DNA from: Tubiluchus corallicola
Lineage: Eukaryota; Animalia; Priapulida
Length of the DNA: 64,000 bases
Direction: 5' to 3'
Assembly: GCA_030141605.1 (NCBI GenBank)
Contig: JAQGDQ010000546.1
Coordinates: 1 to 64,000 of the forward strand
Under the pieces are notes generated by a model. That model had not been told where the DNA came from. It searched no databases and saw only the letters and a program-made list of their open reading frames with translations. Positions 10,881 through 23,347 of the stretch are shown one piece after another; within the stretch, counting starts at the first letter, position 1, and every line of letters starts with the position of its first letter. The position numbers and the translations under genes are program-made.

Positions 10881-13459
10881 AAACAGTAATTGTTTAGCAA
10901 AAGTAAAATGTTTGTTCTGCCATTTATCTCTCGAGATTAATGCTACAACAAATGACAATTTGCAATAACCATTTCAAAACAATTATCCTTTTTTTAAATC
11001 TCATTCAAGAAAAAAAATCAAAGTTTAATTAAAGAAGACACAGTTGATTTCCAATACCGCCACTTAAAAAAACATAGAAGAAAAACTAATATATTCGCGT
11101 CTCATGCTCTCTTTAAAGAAGAGTGAAAATTCCATTTTTCACAAAATACGACACAATAATGATGACGTGAGATAGTCAATATACAGCCAAGGGACTGTTG
11201 GTTCATCAGCTGCTAAAAAATAAAATTTTTACATTTTGAAACATGCTTATTAAGTAAATTTTATAATTCGAGTTAAACACGCATCTAGTCACGTATTTTC
11301 GTATTTTCATGTGTAAGTAGATGCAACTCCATTCTTAAGTGCTAATTTGGATGTGTCACATAGGATAGTTGCTGGAATTACGAAAATGTTTCGCGTAAGT
11401 AATTCTATGAGTGCATCTAAACGGGAGCATTTTCCTGCTTGTAAAGTGAGGGTTAAGATGAAAGAAACTCTTCTAACATCTCATTTCTCAAGTCTCGGAA
11501 TGGCGTATTCGATGTGCAGTAGGGTCTTCATAAATGAAGTTTCCATAATGGGTTGTAGGTTGTTTTGGCCTGGGGGGGTAAGGTCGGGGAGGACTGGACG
11601 GCAACTGGCCGTCAACAGCTGCATTGGCTTCCAAAAAGGTTAGTGGTGTACTAGAATGGGTCGTAACAACCAGGTCGCTTAATACGAGAACAGGATTAAT
11701 AGAAGCTGGAGAGAGAACAGGCTCCGGTAACGTAGGTTGTGATGTTACATTACGACCGGATTGAAACGATTTGGGTTGTCTATCAACAGCTTTTCTATTG
11801 TTTATCTCAAGACTACACTCAACATTGCTCCTCAAATGGTTCACCTGGGTAGACTTCTCGCCTGAAAGAGGCGTGCGTACACTATCGCCGGCCTTTTGAG
11901 AGGAGTCCTCAGGAATTGCTGAACCGGAGCTACCAGGAAGCCTACCAGACAATTAGTTGTCGAGTTGATTCGTAAGGGAATAAATTCAGCAGAGTCGGCT
12001 GTGTCAAGTAAATTAAGAGTGGTTGAGCCGGGAAAATAAACTCTTTTGGGTGTGGATGTTCGTGGTTTTGGTATAGGCGGAGAGAAGGTGGGCAATGAAA
12101 GCCGTACATCACCGTTGGATGAATTGTCATGGGAACGGGAAAGTGGATCACGAATGGGAACTAATGGGATCACGAAACAGTAATTGTTTAGCAAAAGTAA
12201 AATGTTTGTTCTGCCATTTATCTCTCGAGATTAATGCTACAACAAATGACAATTTGCAATAACCATTTCAAAACAATTATCCTTTTTTTAAATCTCATTC
12301 AAGAAAAAAAATCAAAATTTAATTAAAGAAGACACAGTTGATTTCCAATACCGCCACTTAAAAAAACATAGAAGAAAAACTAATATATTCGCGTCTCATG
12401 CTCTCTTTAAAGAAGAGTGAAAATTCCATTTTTCACAAAATACGACACAATAATGATGACGTGAGATAGTCAATATACAGCCAAGGGACTGTTGGTTCAT
12501 CAGCTGCTAAAAAATAAAATTTTTACATTTTGAAACATGCTTATTAAGTAAATTTTATAATTCGAGTTAAACACGCATCTAGTCACGTATTTTCGTATTT
12601 TCATGTGTAAGTAGATGCAACTCCATTCTTAAGTGCTAATTTGGATGTGTCACATAGGATAGTTGCTGGAATTACGAAAATGTTTCGCGTAAGTAATTCT
12701 ATGAGTGCATCTAAACGGGAGCATTTTCCTGCTTGTAAAGTGAGGGTTAAGATGAAAGAAACTCTTCTAACATCTCATTTCTCAAGTCTCGGAATGGCGT
12801 ATTCGATGTGCAGTAGGGTCTTCATAAATGAAGTTTCCATAATGGGTTGTAGGTTGTTTTGGCCTGGGGGGGGTAAGGTCGGGGAGGACTGGACGGCAAC
12901 TGGCCGTCAACGGCTGCATTGGCTTCCAAAAAGGTTAGTGGTGTACTAGAATGGGTCGTAACAACCAGGTCGCTTGATACGAGAACAGGATTAATAGAAG
13001 CTGGAGAGAGAACAGGCTCCGGTAACGTAGGTTGTGATGTTACATTACGACCGGATTGAAACGATTTGGGTTGTCTATCAACAGCTTTTCTATTGTTTAT
13101 CTCAAGACTACACTCAACATTGCTCCTCAAATGGTTCACCTGGGTAGACTTCTCGCCTGAAAGAGGCGTGCGTACACTATCGCCGGCCTTTTGAGAGGAG
13201 TCCTCAGGAATTGCTGAACCGGAGCTACCAGGAAGCCTACCAGACAATTAGTTGTCGAGTTGATTCGTAAGGGAATAAATTCAGCAGAGTCGGCTGTGTC
13301 AAGTAAATTAAGAGTGGTTGAGCCGGGAAAATAAACTCTTTTGGGTGTGGATGTTCGTGGTTTTGGTATAGGCGGAGAGAAGGTGGGCAATGAAAGCCGT
13401 ACATCACCGTTGGATGAATTGTCATGGGAACGGGAAAGTGGATCACGAATGGGAACTAA
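10881..13459. repeat. Tandem duplication of ~1.28 kb (copies 10881-12164 and 12175-13459) containing the Pro/Ser-rich tail of a Gypsy pol
   Basis: Near-identical copies (about 4 differences seen); minus-strand RPYPPRPKQPTTHYGNFIY resembles the RxxRxxxPPxxY end of Gypsy pol. Confidence 0.95.
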
Positions 13460-13603
13460 GGCTGGCATGGAGGAATTAAGTAGTTCTGGAATTTGGGCCG
13501 GAAAACTCGATGCATTTTTATTGTGCTCATCATTATAATCAGCTATTTTGCATGGTGAGTATTGTATTGCATTGTTTAGGAAACAATTTGATGATATACA
13601 TTT

Positions 13604-14143
13604 TGTTATGCAGTTGTGCCATAATGAATGTTTTTTAAGGCTTAGACTTAACAGAAACTTGTAGTATCTTAGGGAGGTGCTGCCATCTTTTGGTTGTTTG
13701 CCTGTATTTCTTAAGCTGTTTACTGTACTATCTATTTACATACCATTTACTGGGTTTCAGCTAAAGTTAATGAGGTGTAACAGGAGTCCTGGCTATTGTA
13801 TGTTGGGCAGTAGTAGTTCAGGTTTCATAGTTTGCTGGTGAAGTTCAAATTTCAAATTTCATAATGTAGTTTGTTAAGGTATGTTTGCTTAAAATTATAT
13901 TTTGTGTTTTTTTTATTTGCCTAAACTGAGGTTAGTGCTTTAAATTTAATTTTTGGTGTAGTGGTTTAAACCTAAGTGAATTATTAAGTTCCAAATGTTG
14001 CTTTTTACTTTTATTATTTCAGACTGCAATTTATGTTGAAACCCACCCCCTCTACACCGGCTTCACTTCTTCTTTTTTTGATAATAAAGGAAATCAACCT
14101 GTACCAAAGAGTTCATCATTTTTATTGGTTATGGGTTACAACA
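13604..14143 (+). repeat. Probable BEL/Pao 5' LTR
   Basis: TGTT...AACA termini, internal AATAAA near 14083, directly upstream of BEL gag; no second copy to confirm. Confidence 0.55.
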
Positions 14144-14204
14144 TGCAGACAGACAAACTGGACAAAACATTTCAACATAAATTCAGCACTTTCAATATGA
14201 ATTA

Positions 14205-15771
14205 ATGATGTCAGCTTCGGAGAAAAAGACAAGGAGAACTGTTGCAAAGTCAGCTTTGACAAGGGTACTGAGAAGGCTTCAAAATTTAATTGAAGAGGAA
14301 GACAGTGTGCAAGAAGTTAATCGCCTGGTGGATGCTGTGGAGGCTGCACTCAATCATTTGGAAGCATGCCACGTTGAATTCTTAAATGCATGCAAACAGG
14401 AACAGCAGCATGTGGATGAAGACCAGGCTTTTCAATACATGGAGCAAGAATATTAAAGAGCAGACGTTTTCGCATCAGATAAGGACTACAAACGGAGAAT
14501 CAGGAGAGTTGAAGAACTCAAGAAAGAGAAGGACGACGAAGCTAAAGCAACAAAGGAAGAGGAAAAAATCATCAGGTGGCACAAAATAGATTTTGATACA
14601 CTGATTCATTTATTGCATGGACATATTGAAAATCAGAAAAAGAGGCTTGAGAGTGGAGATACAGCAATTCAGGTCCTGGAGAGTTGTCGGTTAGAAATTC
14701 AGACATTGTTGGAAAAAGTGAGGTTATCATTCACCAAATATGCTTCCTTGGTTGCTGACTATCAGGAAGAAGATAGAAGATTCAATGACGTAGAGACAAT
14801 TGTTAAAGAGATAAATGACAAAGCAATGAACTATATTGGTTCTCAGTCATATCAAAGCAATCATGCATCTGGCATGTCAAAAAACACTGGAAATGAGCAA
14901 GCATCTGGTAGAGCAAAATTGGAAGCAATACCCATTCCCGGTTTTCGTGGTGGCTACAGCGAATGGCCGACGTTCATCACAAATTCGAAGAAGATTGTCG
15001 AGAAACATTATTCCAGTGAATTTTGGGCCGCCATCTTGAATGAGAAACTAAGTGGAGAGGCGGCGGATCTAGTAGCTGCCTGTAATGACAACTACGCTGA
15101 AATGATTAAATGCCTTGAAAGGAAATATGGAGATAGAAAGAAAGTCACAGAAAGCATCATGGCAGAAATCAGAGATGTCAAGCCTTTATCTTCTGGCAGC
15201 CATGTTGGTTTCATAAAGTTTGTCGACAGAATAGAAAAAGCCAGTACAAAACTAAAGTCACTAGGTATGTTACAGGAAACATGCAATGCGGGGGCCTAGC
15301 TGAAACTGAACACAGGTTACCGGAAGATATTCGTAATGAATGGGCAAGGCACATCATCAGCAAGATTGATGAAGAGAGATTGGAACCTTTCAAGCTTCTT
15401 TTACCATTTTTGTTAATGGAAAAGGAGCGCGTAGAGTATTTAACTGCAGGTGTACGAAAGCAATTTGGCAGTGTCAGTAGCCATTATCAGGACATTCAAC
15501 CTGAAGCCTTTGGGACTGGTGGCGGTGCTAAGTCAAAAAGCTGTTTCAAATGTGGCAAACAAGGACATTTTGCTCGTGAATGTAAAGCAAACGGGAAGAT
15601 GTGTGACAAAAGACCTTACGTCAAGTGCAGCACATGCGAAGTAAATGACCATTTAAACAGGGATTGTGAAAAGTTCAAAAATATGAATGTTAATCAAAGA
15701 CGAGATGTAATAAAGTGGAATGGTGCTTGTTATATCTGCTTTGGAAATCATGTGGCAATAGTATGCAAGGG
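14205..15771 (+). mobile_element. BEL/Pao LTR retrotransposon gag fragment
   Basis: RRTVAKSALTR N-terminus, KLEAIPIPGFRGGYSEWPTF..LSGEA..LERKYG (DUF1759-like), RLPEDIRNEW, three Cys/His knuckles; in-frame stop and frameshift. Confidence 0.85.
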
Positions 15772-18700
15772 TACAGCTTATATAGCGTCTACGCATTGTT
15801 TCATGAGAAATGCGAAGGTTTTCTCTGATGAAATGGTGAACGTCATGTAGACGATTCTCAAGATTTTTAACTTACTGGACGACAGTACTTGAATTAATGT
15901 TTGAAGGTGGGCATCCTGTTAATAGATCAAGAGGCAGCCTTAGTTCTCTACCAAACATTGCTTGAGTAGGGGTGAATCCAGTTGAGTCATGTACAACTGA
16001 TCTGTATGAAAGCAAAAACAAAGGAATCTTTTCATCCCAATCACGCTGGTGGGCACTAGTGAATTGCGCAAGCTGTCGGGAAATGGTCCTTATAAAGCGC
16101 TTGCACATTCCATCGCTTTTTGGGTTAAGCGCAGTCGTTCGAGTTTTCTCAATACCAATAATATTACAGCATTGCTGAAAGATCTTACTTTCAAAATTTC
16201 GGCCTTGGTCTGAATGAATTTCGTTTGGTAACCCAAATCGGCAAAAAAATCGTTTACCAATACTGCAGCTATAGTCTCGGCTTCTTGGTTCGGTAAGGGA
16301 TAGCATTCCGGCCATTTTGAGAAATAATCCACTGAAACTAATATGTATTTGTTGTTAGAATTAGACAACGGAAAAGGACCTGCCACGTCAATGGCGATTC
16401 GTTCCATAGGGGCGCCCACGCGGTATAGTTGTAAAGGTGCTCGAGGTTTTCGCTGCGGTCTCTTTTTCTTGCAACAAATTTCGCAAGTTCGCGTCCATAT
16501 TTCAACATCTTGCCGCATTCCCGGCCAAAAGAAGCGCTGCCGCAGTAAATCAAGAGTTTTGTTTTGTCCAAAATGGCCTGCAGTTGGAGATGAATGCATT
16601 TCCGTTAAAACTTTTTCGCGAAAAGCGCGAGGGACTAACCATTGCCGGCGAGTAAGACTCCCTTCAGGGCTTTCCCATATCCGCTGCAGAATGCCATCTT
16701 TTAAGCGCAGTGTGTCCCAATGCGCTAAAACCGCTTTAGCGTCTCTACTAAGTGGTGATCGCTGTTCCCATGTTGGTTTTTCGGTTGACGTTTCAAGAAA
16801 CGCTATGACTGGTGCTAGATCTTTATCATTTAATTGACCCTCTTTAAAACCTAGTCCAGTATCACGCAAAGTTGCACCGACTTTGACTAATTTTGCCGGT
16901 TCAGTGATTTCTGGTTTCACACATTTTGATGCCTGACTAATTTCACTGTCAATTTTACTTCCTAAGACTGACTGTAAGGCATTTTTGCTATTTTCAGCTT
17001 CTGAATTATTAACTGTTCTCAGAGTTTCAAATTTTATTTCACGTTTGTTGCAATGAGAGCATTCGTGTTCGCATGGCCGTCTAGACAGCGCGTCTGCATT
17101 CGCGTGACTTTTATCGGGCCTATGCTCTATCTTGTACTGATATTGGTCCAATTTCGCAAGCAGCCATCGAGCTAATTGTCCTTTCGGGCGTTTAAGCGTG
17201 CGAAGCCAGCGAAGTGCCGCATTGTCGGTGCGTACAGAAAAGGGTTTTCCGTAGAGATAGTGATGGAAGTTGGTCACCGCTTTTATCACGGCCAGGAGAT
17301 CAAAGTCTAATTGCACAGTAATTGCGTTCTGCGGGGCTAAGTATTTGACTGTAATAGGTAATTACACGTTTATGTCCATTTTGGACTTGAGAGAGTACAG
17401 CACCGATGGCGGCATTACTAGCATCGGTGTCAAGTATGAAATCTTTATCGAACTGAGGATACGCCAGTACAGGGGAGGAAGTAAGCAAGGCTTTAAGTCT
17501 CTCAAAAGACTGCTGCTGGTCTTGTTGCCACAAGAAAGGTTGGTGTTTACGAGTTAGTTCGTGCAGTGGGGCTGCTTTTTTTGCAAAGTCTTTGATGAAG
17601 CGCCTGTAGTAGGTACAAAGGCCAAGAAAACTACATTGCTCAGTCAAGTTTGTTGGTATAGGCCATTTCGCTACTGCATCAGTTTTTGCAGAATCGGTGT
17701 GTACTCCTTGGGAACTGACAATGTGTCCAAGGTAGGCTACCTGCTTTTGTGTCAGTAGACATTTCTCAGCATTAAGTTTAAGTCCGGCTGTTTGGAAGCG
17801 AGTGAAGACCTCTTGTAGACGCTCCAAGTGTTCGTCAAAGGTGTGGCCATAAACTATGACGTCATCGAGGTAGATTAGTAGGGTGCGCCAATGCAGGCCA
17901 GCCAGGACCTGCTCCATAAGGCGTTCGAAATTCGTCAGGCCAAAAGGCATAGCCTTGAATTGCCAGAGGCCTCTATGTGTAATGAAAGCCGTCTTTTCCT
18001 TGTCGTTAGGGTGCATTTCGACCTTGTGATACCCAGATTTCAGGTCAAGGGTGGAAAACCATTCTGAGCCTGATAGTGCATCTATCGAGTCGTCTATACG
18101 GGGTAAAGGATAGCTGTCTTTGATGGTAATTGCATTTAGGGCTCTATAATCAATGCAGCATCTAGTGCCCCCGTTTTTCTTTCGGACTAAAATCACTGCA
18201 GATGACCACGGGCTGCACGAAGGTTCGATCACACCTTGTGCTTCCATCTCTTCCATAGCTGCATCAAGCTGCAGTTTTATCGGCGCATGATTGTCAGTAT
18301 TGATCGTGTGCTGGACCACGTTGGTCCGGCCGATATCTGCTGGTCCAGAAGAAAATAGCTGGTTGTTTTTCAAGAGAAAGGCGTGTAAACGCTTAAGCTG
18401 TTTACTAGATAGATACTCTTTACTTTTCTCGAGCAAATTTCGAACAGGTTCAGATAGATGGGTGCATTTGTTTAATTTTCTATTAGCACGAAAACCATTG
18501 CGTTTTTGAACTGGTTTAGGTTTGAGTGGTTCAGGAAGTTCTTGCGCAACTTCCCACCGACCAATCACTTCATTAGCTGGTATCGTTACAGGTTCAGGTG
18601 ACAAATTTGCAAGCAATGTTTTAACAGTATTTGCACCAGGGGCTGCAGTTACACGGCCAGTTAAAAAACCTTCGCGACAGAAAAAGTCATGATTTACACG

Positions 18701-19320
18701 GGTAATCATGCCTGTGGCAAGTGACAACAGCACAGCTGGTCTACCTTCTAATACAGTTTCTAAGAATGGAGGCAAAATTATTCGGTTTACATTTAAAATA
18801 TCAGTAGTACCGTCCGCCAAGGGAAAATTTTTAACAAACTGACCGTCTGGGAAAATCAATAAATTTTTAGCGGTGTTCACAATAACATGATTAGCACGAA
18901 GCCACTCCAGGTCAAGCACACAATCATCACCTACAAGGTCATTCGAAAGCCAAACCGGTACTGCGCCAGACCACATTTCGGTTCATTGCCAAGTTGCAAA
19001 GAAACATTAACTGGGCCACACAATTCAAGCTCAGATCCGTTTGCGCTTAAACCGCTGCGATTTTCTAATAAAATTTCTCCAGTTGGTAAGGAAAGAAATT
19101 CTTTTCTTACTGTTGTCTGACTCGCACCAGTGTTAACTAAAATGCGACAAACACGACCGTTTATTGAGCCGCGCATACACAAACCAAGCGCAGGTTGCTT
19201 ATAAGCATTTTTGTTACGAACCGACGCAGAATAATTAATCGTGTAATGCGATGTGGGTGCTCCTATGGCGACTGCTCGTCTAGTGCGAGTGGCTGGCTGT
19301 CTCCTCCTGCCACCCGCTTT
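15772..19320 (-). pseudogene. Gypsy pol: protease, RT, RNase H, integrase (frameshifted, 3' truncated)
   Basis: ILVNTGAS (PR, D->N), IDYRALN, LPRIDD, YLDD, DTDAS, TDNAAL, H..GHFG..C..C, IDVAGP, HSDQGRNF. Confidence 0.95.
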
Positions 19321-19386
19321 TAAAAATGCGAACGCCCACGACCGAAGTTGTTGTAATTAGCTGTTGACTGGTAATAATTTTGGGGG

Positions 19387-21085
19387 TTAGTCCCAGTACA
19401 TGGATAAATTTTGCCCCATATTTGCGGAAAAACCATTGTTTTGGGAAAAACTATTAGAAAATTGTGCTCTATGGCGAGTTGGTTGGCCAGTCCTACTATG
19501 GGGAGGGGAAGAGCACTGTCTTGCTAAATGCCCAAAACCACCACAATTATAACAAACTGGGCCTGAACCACTATCCAAGGTTTAGGAGACTTTTTCTGGC
19601 CAACATTTGAAACTCTGCCGTGTTTTTCAGGGGTGCGATTAAGAGCAGATTTGCTACGTCGTTATTTGGGCTTTTGGATTTCGAACTGGGAAGCGAGGTA
19701 GCGGGTAGGTGCTGAACCTTAATTGAGCTTTTGCTTGGAGGTTCGTTTTCTGTTTAGACGTAGCCCGAATGGACTCAACTGTAAGTGCAGTAGCTAAAGC
19801 ACTTGCGAGATCAGGCGGTACACTTTGCTGAATGTGTATTGCTAACTCAGAATCCATTAAACCATCTACGAATTTATGAATTAGTGTATTGTCTTAAATC
19901 TTCACCAGTGTGGCGTTATAATGAGCACGATAAACGCTCTCCATATTTCGATAGCCGTATCTACGACAAAGAGCCGACGAAAGGACGTCATAGTTGGACC
20001 TTTGCGCCTCAGGAATGACTTCCAGCATGCCCGTAGCACTCCCTTTTAATTTTAATGCTAACCGCGCACCAGCCTCGGTGTTGTCCCAGCCAGTAGCCCG
20101 ATGGAAAAGCTGGACATGTGCCTCAAAACTTTCCCAAGACACTGTCTCGCCATCAAAAGGTGGCAGACCTCGGAGTGCCTTTTCACCGAGCCGCCCATGT
20201 CGATGTCACTCGCCATGTTTGCAGCAGTATTATCGACATTTTGTGTCACGGTAGTGTTTGTGCAGTAGTCCGCAACTTGAGCTCGAAAGACTGGTCTAGA
20301 TTGCTTAGGCCAGTTTCAAAACGTACACGTGGGGTAGCGCCAGAAGGACCATTTTTAATCTGGCTAGACCCCTGATTTTGATGCTGAGCGTCAGCAGTGT
20401 CAGTATTAGCCATTAAAGGGGTGGAACCCAAAAGAGGCTTCTTTGCCAAAGTATCACCTGTTGTAGGCGTCTCTGGTTCGCGACATGCAGTAAGATCCAA
20501 AATGGCACTGGAAATTGCCTGAGGCAGCCTAGCAACCACATTTCTCAGGTCTTAAAAACTCTCAGAAATTCTAGACAACTGTTGTCTGATTTGCTAAGTA
20601 TCTGACGCGAAATTTTGCCCAAAATTTTGATTACTTGGACTAACTCGCATGCCCAACACTGCATTTGGATCGTTAGCCGCGTGCCCTGAAAGAAAATCAA
20701 TATTAGAAGTACTCACGCTAGGCTGGGAAGCGGAATGTTGTGAAGTAACAGGTAGCAAAGGTAGCTGACCTTGGCTTTGCCTACTTGAACATTCAGGTGG
20801 TTTCGCTACATGCTTTTCAGTACAAAGGTTATACACAGGGCAAGTAACAAAAGGATTAGTTGTATTACAAGCACAGATCGACAATACATCCTCATTATTA
20901 GTACAACTAACATCAAAATTATAGCAATGTTCCGTAGAATCTAAGGCAGTGCCCCTTAATTCTTGACCATTAGAAGAATACGCACTCTGTTCTAATAGAA
21001 AATCGGCAAGCTGACGGTGTTGTAACAGTTCTAAGTCAACATTAACCACAGTACAATAATCGGAATGCCCAGATGAGGGTAACAT
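19387..21085 (-). pseudogene. Gypsy gag (broken)
   Basis: FDGETVSWESF..GW..LALKLKGSA..LCRRYG capsid motifs and CYNCGGFGHLARQC zinc knuckle, spread across frameshifted ORFs. Confidence 0.85.
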
Positions 21086-21104
21086 CCCACTTGTTCTGAC
21101 ACCA
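21084..21104 (-). promoter_or_regulatory. Primer-binding site (tRNA-Leu type)
   Basis: TGGTGTCAGAACAAGTGGGAT 1 nt after the 5' LTR, matching the common Gypsy TGGTGTCAGAAGTGGGAT PBS with a 3-nt insertion. Confidence 0.85.
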
Positions 21105-21105
21105 G

Positions 21106-21520
21106 TGGACTGCTCTCCGCTTTTAACGGAGGCAGGATGGATGGCACCGTAGCCCACACCGGGCGGCATGTTCCAATTATGCCCTTCAACACCAAACCAA
21201 TAATAGAGTCGAAATAACAATTTATTACTAAATATTACACCCCCAATAAGGAACAAACAGCTTACCTAAAAGAACGGAGTTTGCGGCAAGCCTGTGAAAT
21301 GTGAAAAGAGCTGCAAAGAAAGACACGACCACTGACAAGGATCTACAGCAGACCTTCCCTTTTTATAAGCTCAGGTGTGCACGTGACTAGTGGCTTTTAC
21401 TAACACAAGGTCAGAATACGAGTCTGTGCTAGATAAAGCCACATTCACATGCACACCTGAGAAGTCTACTGTATTCCCCTGCCAGCATTACACTTCATCT
21501 CATCACAGCCCTGTAGTACA
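21106..21520 (-). repeat. Gypsy 5' LTR
   Basis: Minus strand TGTACTAC...GCAGTCCA (TG..CA with imperfect inverted ends), internal TATAAAA near 21365 and AATAAA near 21222. Confidence 0.88.
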
Positions 21521-22325
21521 CTATGAAGCATTTCCTCTTGGGCGTAAAATGATGAAGCCATTCCCTCGATGCAATGAAAACACTTCTAAAGCGATATTTA
21601 ATTATGACTTATGCTGGGCACGTAGTGTATCAGAAATCTATCGGCATAACGGTAAGCCGTTTTAGAATGGTCGGAACTGGGCACAATATGCCAATGTATG
21701 CTATTCCCGTTGTGAGGATTATTATCAGCATAACTTTCTGATCACAACTAGAGTTAACCAGTGTTCACCTGTTGGGTACAGCGACAGGCCAACAGATGAT
21801 AGTAACTTCCAGCAAGGACAGGGGCGGCAAAGAGATCGCCATCAACTGGACAATCTACAGAAGATATGTATGTACATAAACCCTACCACTGAAAGAACTA
21901 AAGTGCGCGAGGTACTGATGGAATATTTTCTTAATGAAGGTCAGATTGGTTTCCGATGGAACAGAGTTGCTTAATTAATTGCGATTAGTGACAAGCGAAA
22001 ATATTAAAAACTATAAAGAATAACTAAAATTGCACATGAGATTCCTTTACAATAACATTTTAAATTATTTATTAATTTAACTTTGTGCTTATGGATCCTT
22101 TTAAGCATCTGTTTACTCACACGTTTTTACTTGTTTTATTTTTCTCTACACCTTTAAGTAGAGCCGCAGTGCAGTGCCTTGCTTTCACTAGAAATTTCTC
22201 AGTCTTCCGAGAATAAAGCTCAAAGTGCAAGAAATTCTTTCTCGCTGCAGCGATAACGTTTTGGCTATCGTTTTTGCAGCTATATCGCCAGCAGCGAGAA
22301 AAACGCTAGTCAACACGAACCTTTA
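21521..22325 (+). mobile_element. PIF/Harbinger transposase remnant, 3' part
   Basis: Resumes exactly after the Gypsy LTR: (G)YEAFPLGRKMMKPFP..IFNYDLCWARSVSE..SRFR, matching the HARBI1 GDxAFPL..FNxxLSxARxxVE motif; right boundary approximate. Confidence 0.8.
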
Positions 22326-23347
22326 GGGACCTAAAATAAGTGGGTCCGCGAAGAAAAGTAAACTGTTCTTCTGTCAGCACGACATTTATCAGGGTCAACA
22401 TTTCTTTCAAAACAACAGAAGCAAGAGAGCAGGTGCAAAACACCTCAGTTACACTTTTAATTTGCGACTGTATTATAATAGTATTATGGTTAAAATGGAT
22501 AAAAACTGTGAATTGCAGTCTGCAGTTTTTATTATCTACTCAGGATAGGTTGGTGCGGATTACCCAATATTCCGGATAATTGGAATCTAACTGTACAATA
22601 AAAAGAAACCTTCAATGAAGATGGCAGTATAAAGTCAGGCATTTGCATTATTAAAAGTCTTCAGCATGCACTTGCAGTCACCAGTGACCTTTTTTACTTG
22701 TAAACTGATTGTTCCTGATTGTTTCAAGTACAGTAGCGACCAATTAGGCAGGAGTGACCGTGAGGATTTATATAACTCACTGCTGACTTAGTGGGTTAAA
22801 AGCGTCTAGTTACCGCTGTTTCTGTTCTGGCTGAATCTGGTGATAATAGCGTAAGTCAAATGTTTATTATGCAAGTTTGTCTTAAATTAATTTTTTCTTA
22901 AAATTACGCAGTTGTCTGCAGAGCACGTATATGCATAATTTCAATCTATAGATAATCGTATGAATAGTCTTCCAGAAACTGATTTGCGCACGATCATATT
23001 TTTTTGTTATGTAAATTATGATTTCTGTATGCCTGTGCATGAAAATTAATGTCCAGTTTAATTGTTAATCTACTTTAATATGCCTATTATATAGATTGAC
23101 CTGATTTTCGTTTCATCATTTGCATGATCCTTTAATTTTATGACTGTTATAAAAATTGTACTTGTGTTATGAAGTATATTCCAGTTACCATTATTCTTAT
23201 GTTTCCGTTTTGAAATTTTTATTTTCAGTTATTGTTTGATTTTTTTTATTATACACTTATCATTATTATTACATTATTGTATATATATATATATATATAT
23301 ATATAGTAGTACATATGCACATTTGCCGGTAGACGGACGCATTGCCG

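Larger units (their letters stand above)
9429..21520 (-). mobile_element. Ty3/Gypsy LTR retrotransposon (decayed, interrupted)
   Basis: Two LTR copies, PBS, and gag-PR-RT-RNaseH-IN order; 4-bp TSD ATAT (9425-9428) / CTAT (21521-21524). Confidence 0.92.

Noticed and set aside
11347-13538. Duplicated ORFs as a novel tandem gene pair
   Set aside because: Frameshifted low-complexity Gypsy pol tail and its antisense, copied by a local duplication
16338-20375. Plus-strand ORFs overlapping the Gypsy
   Set aside because: Antisense shadows of gag/pol
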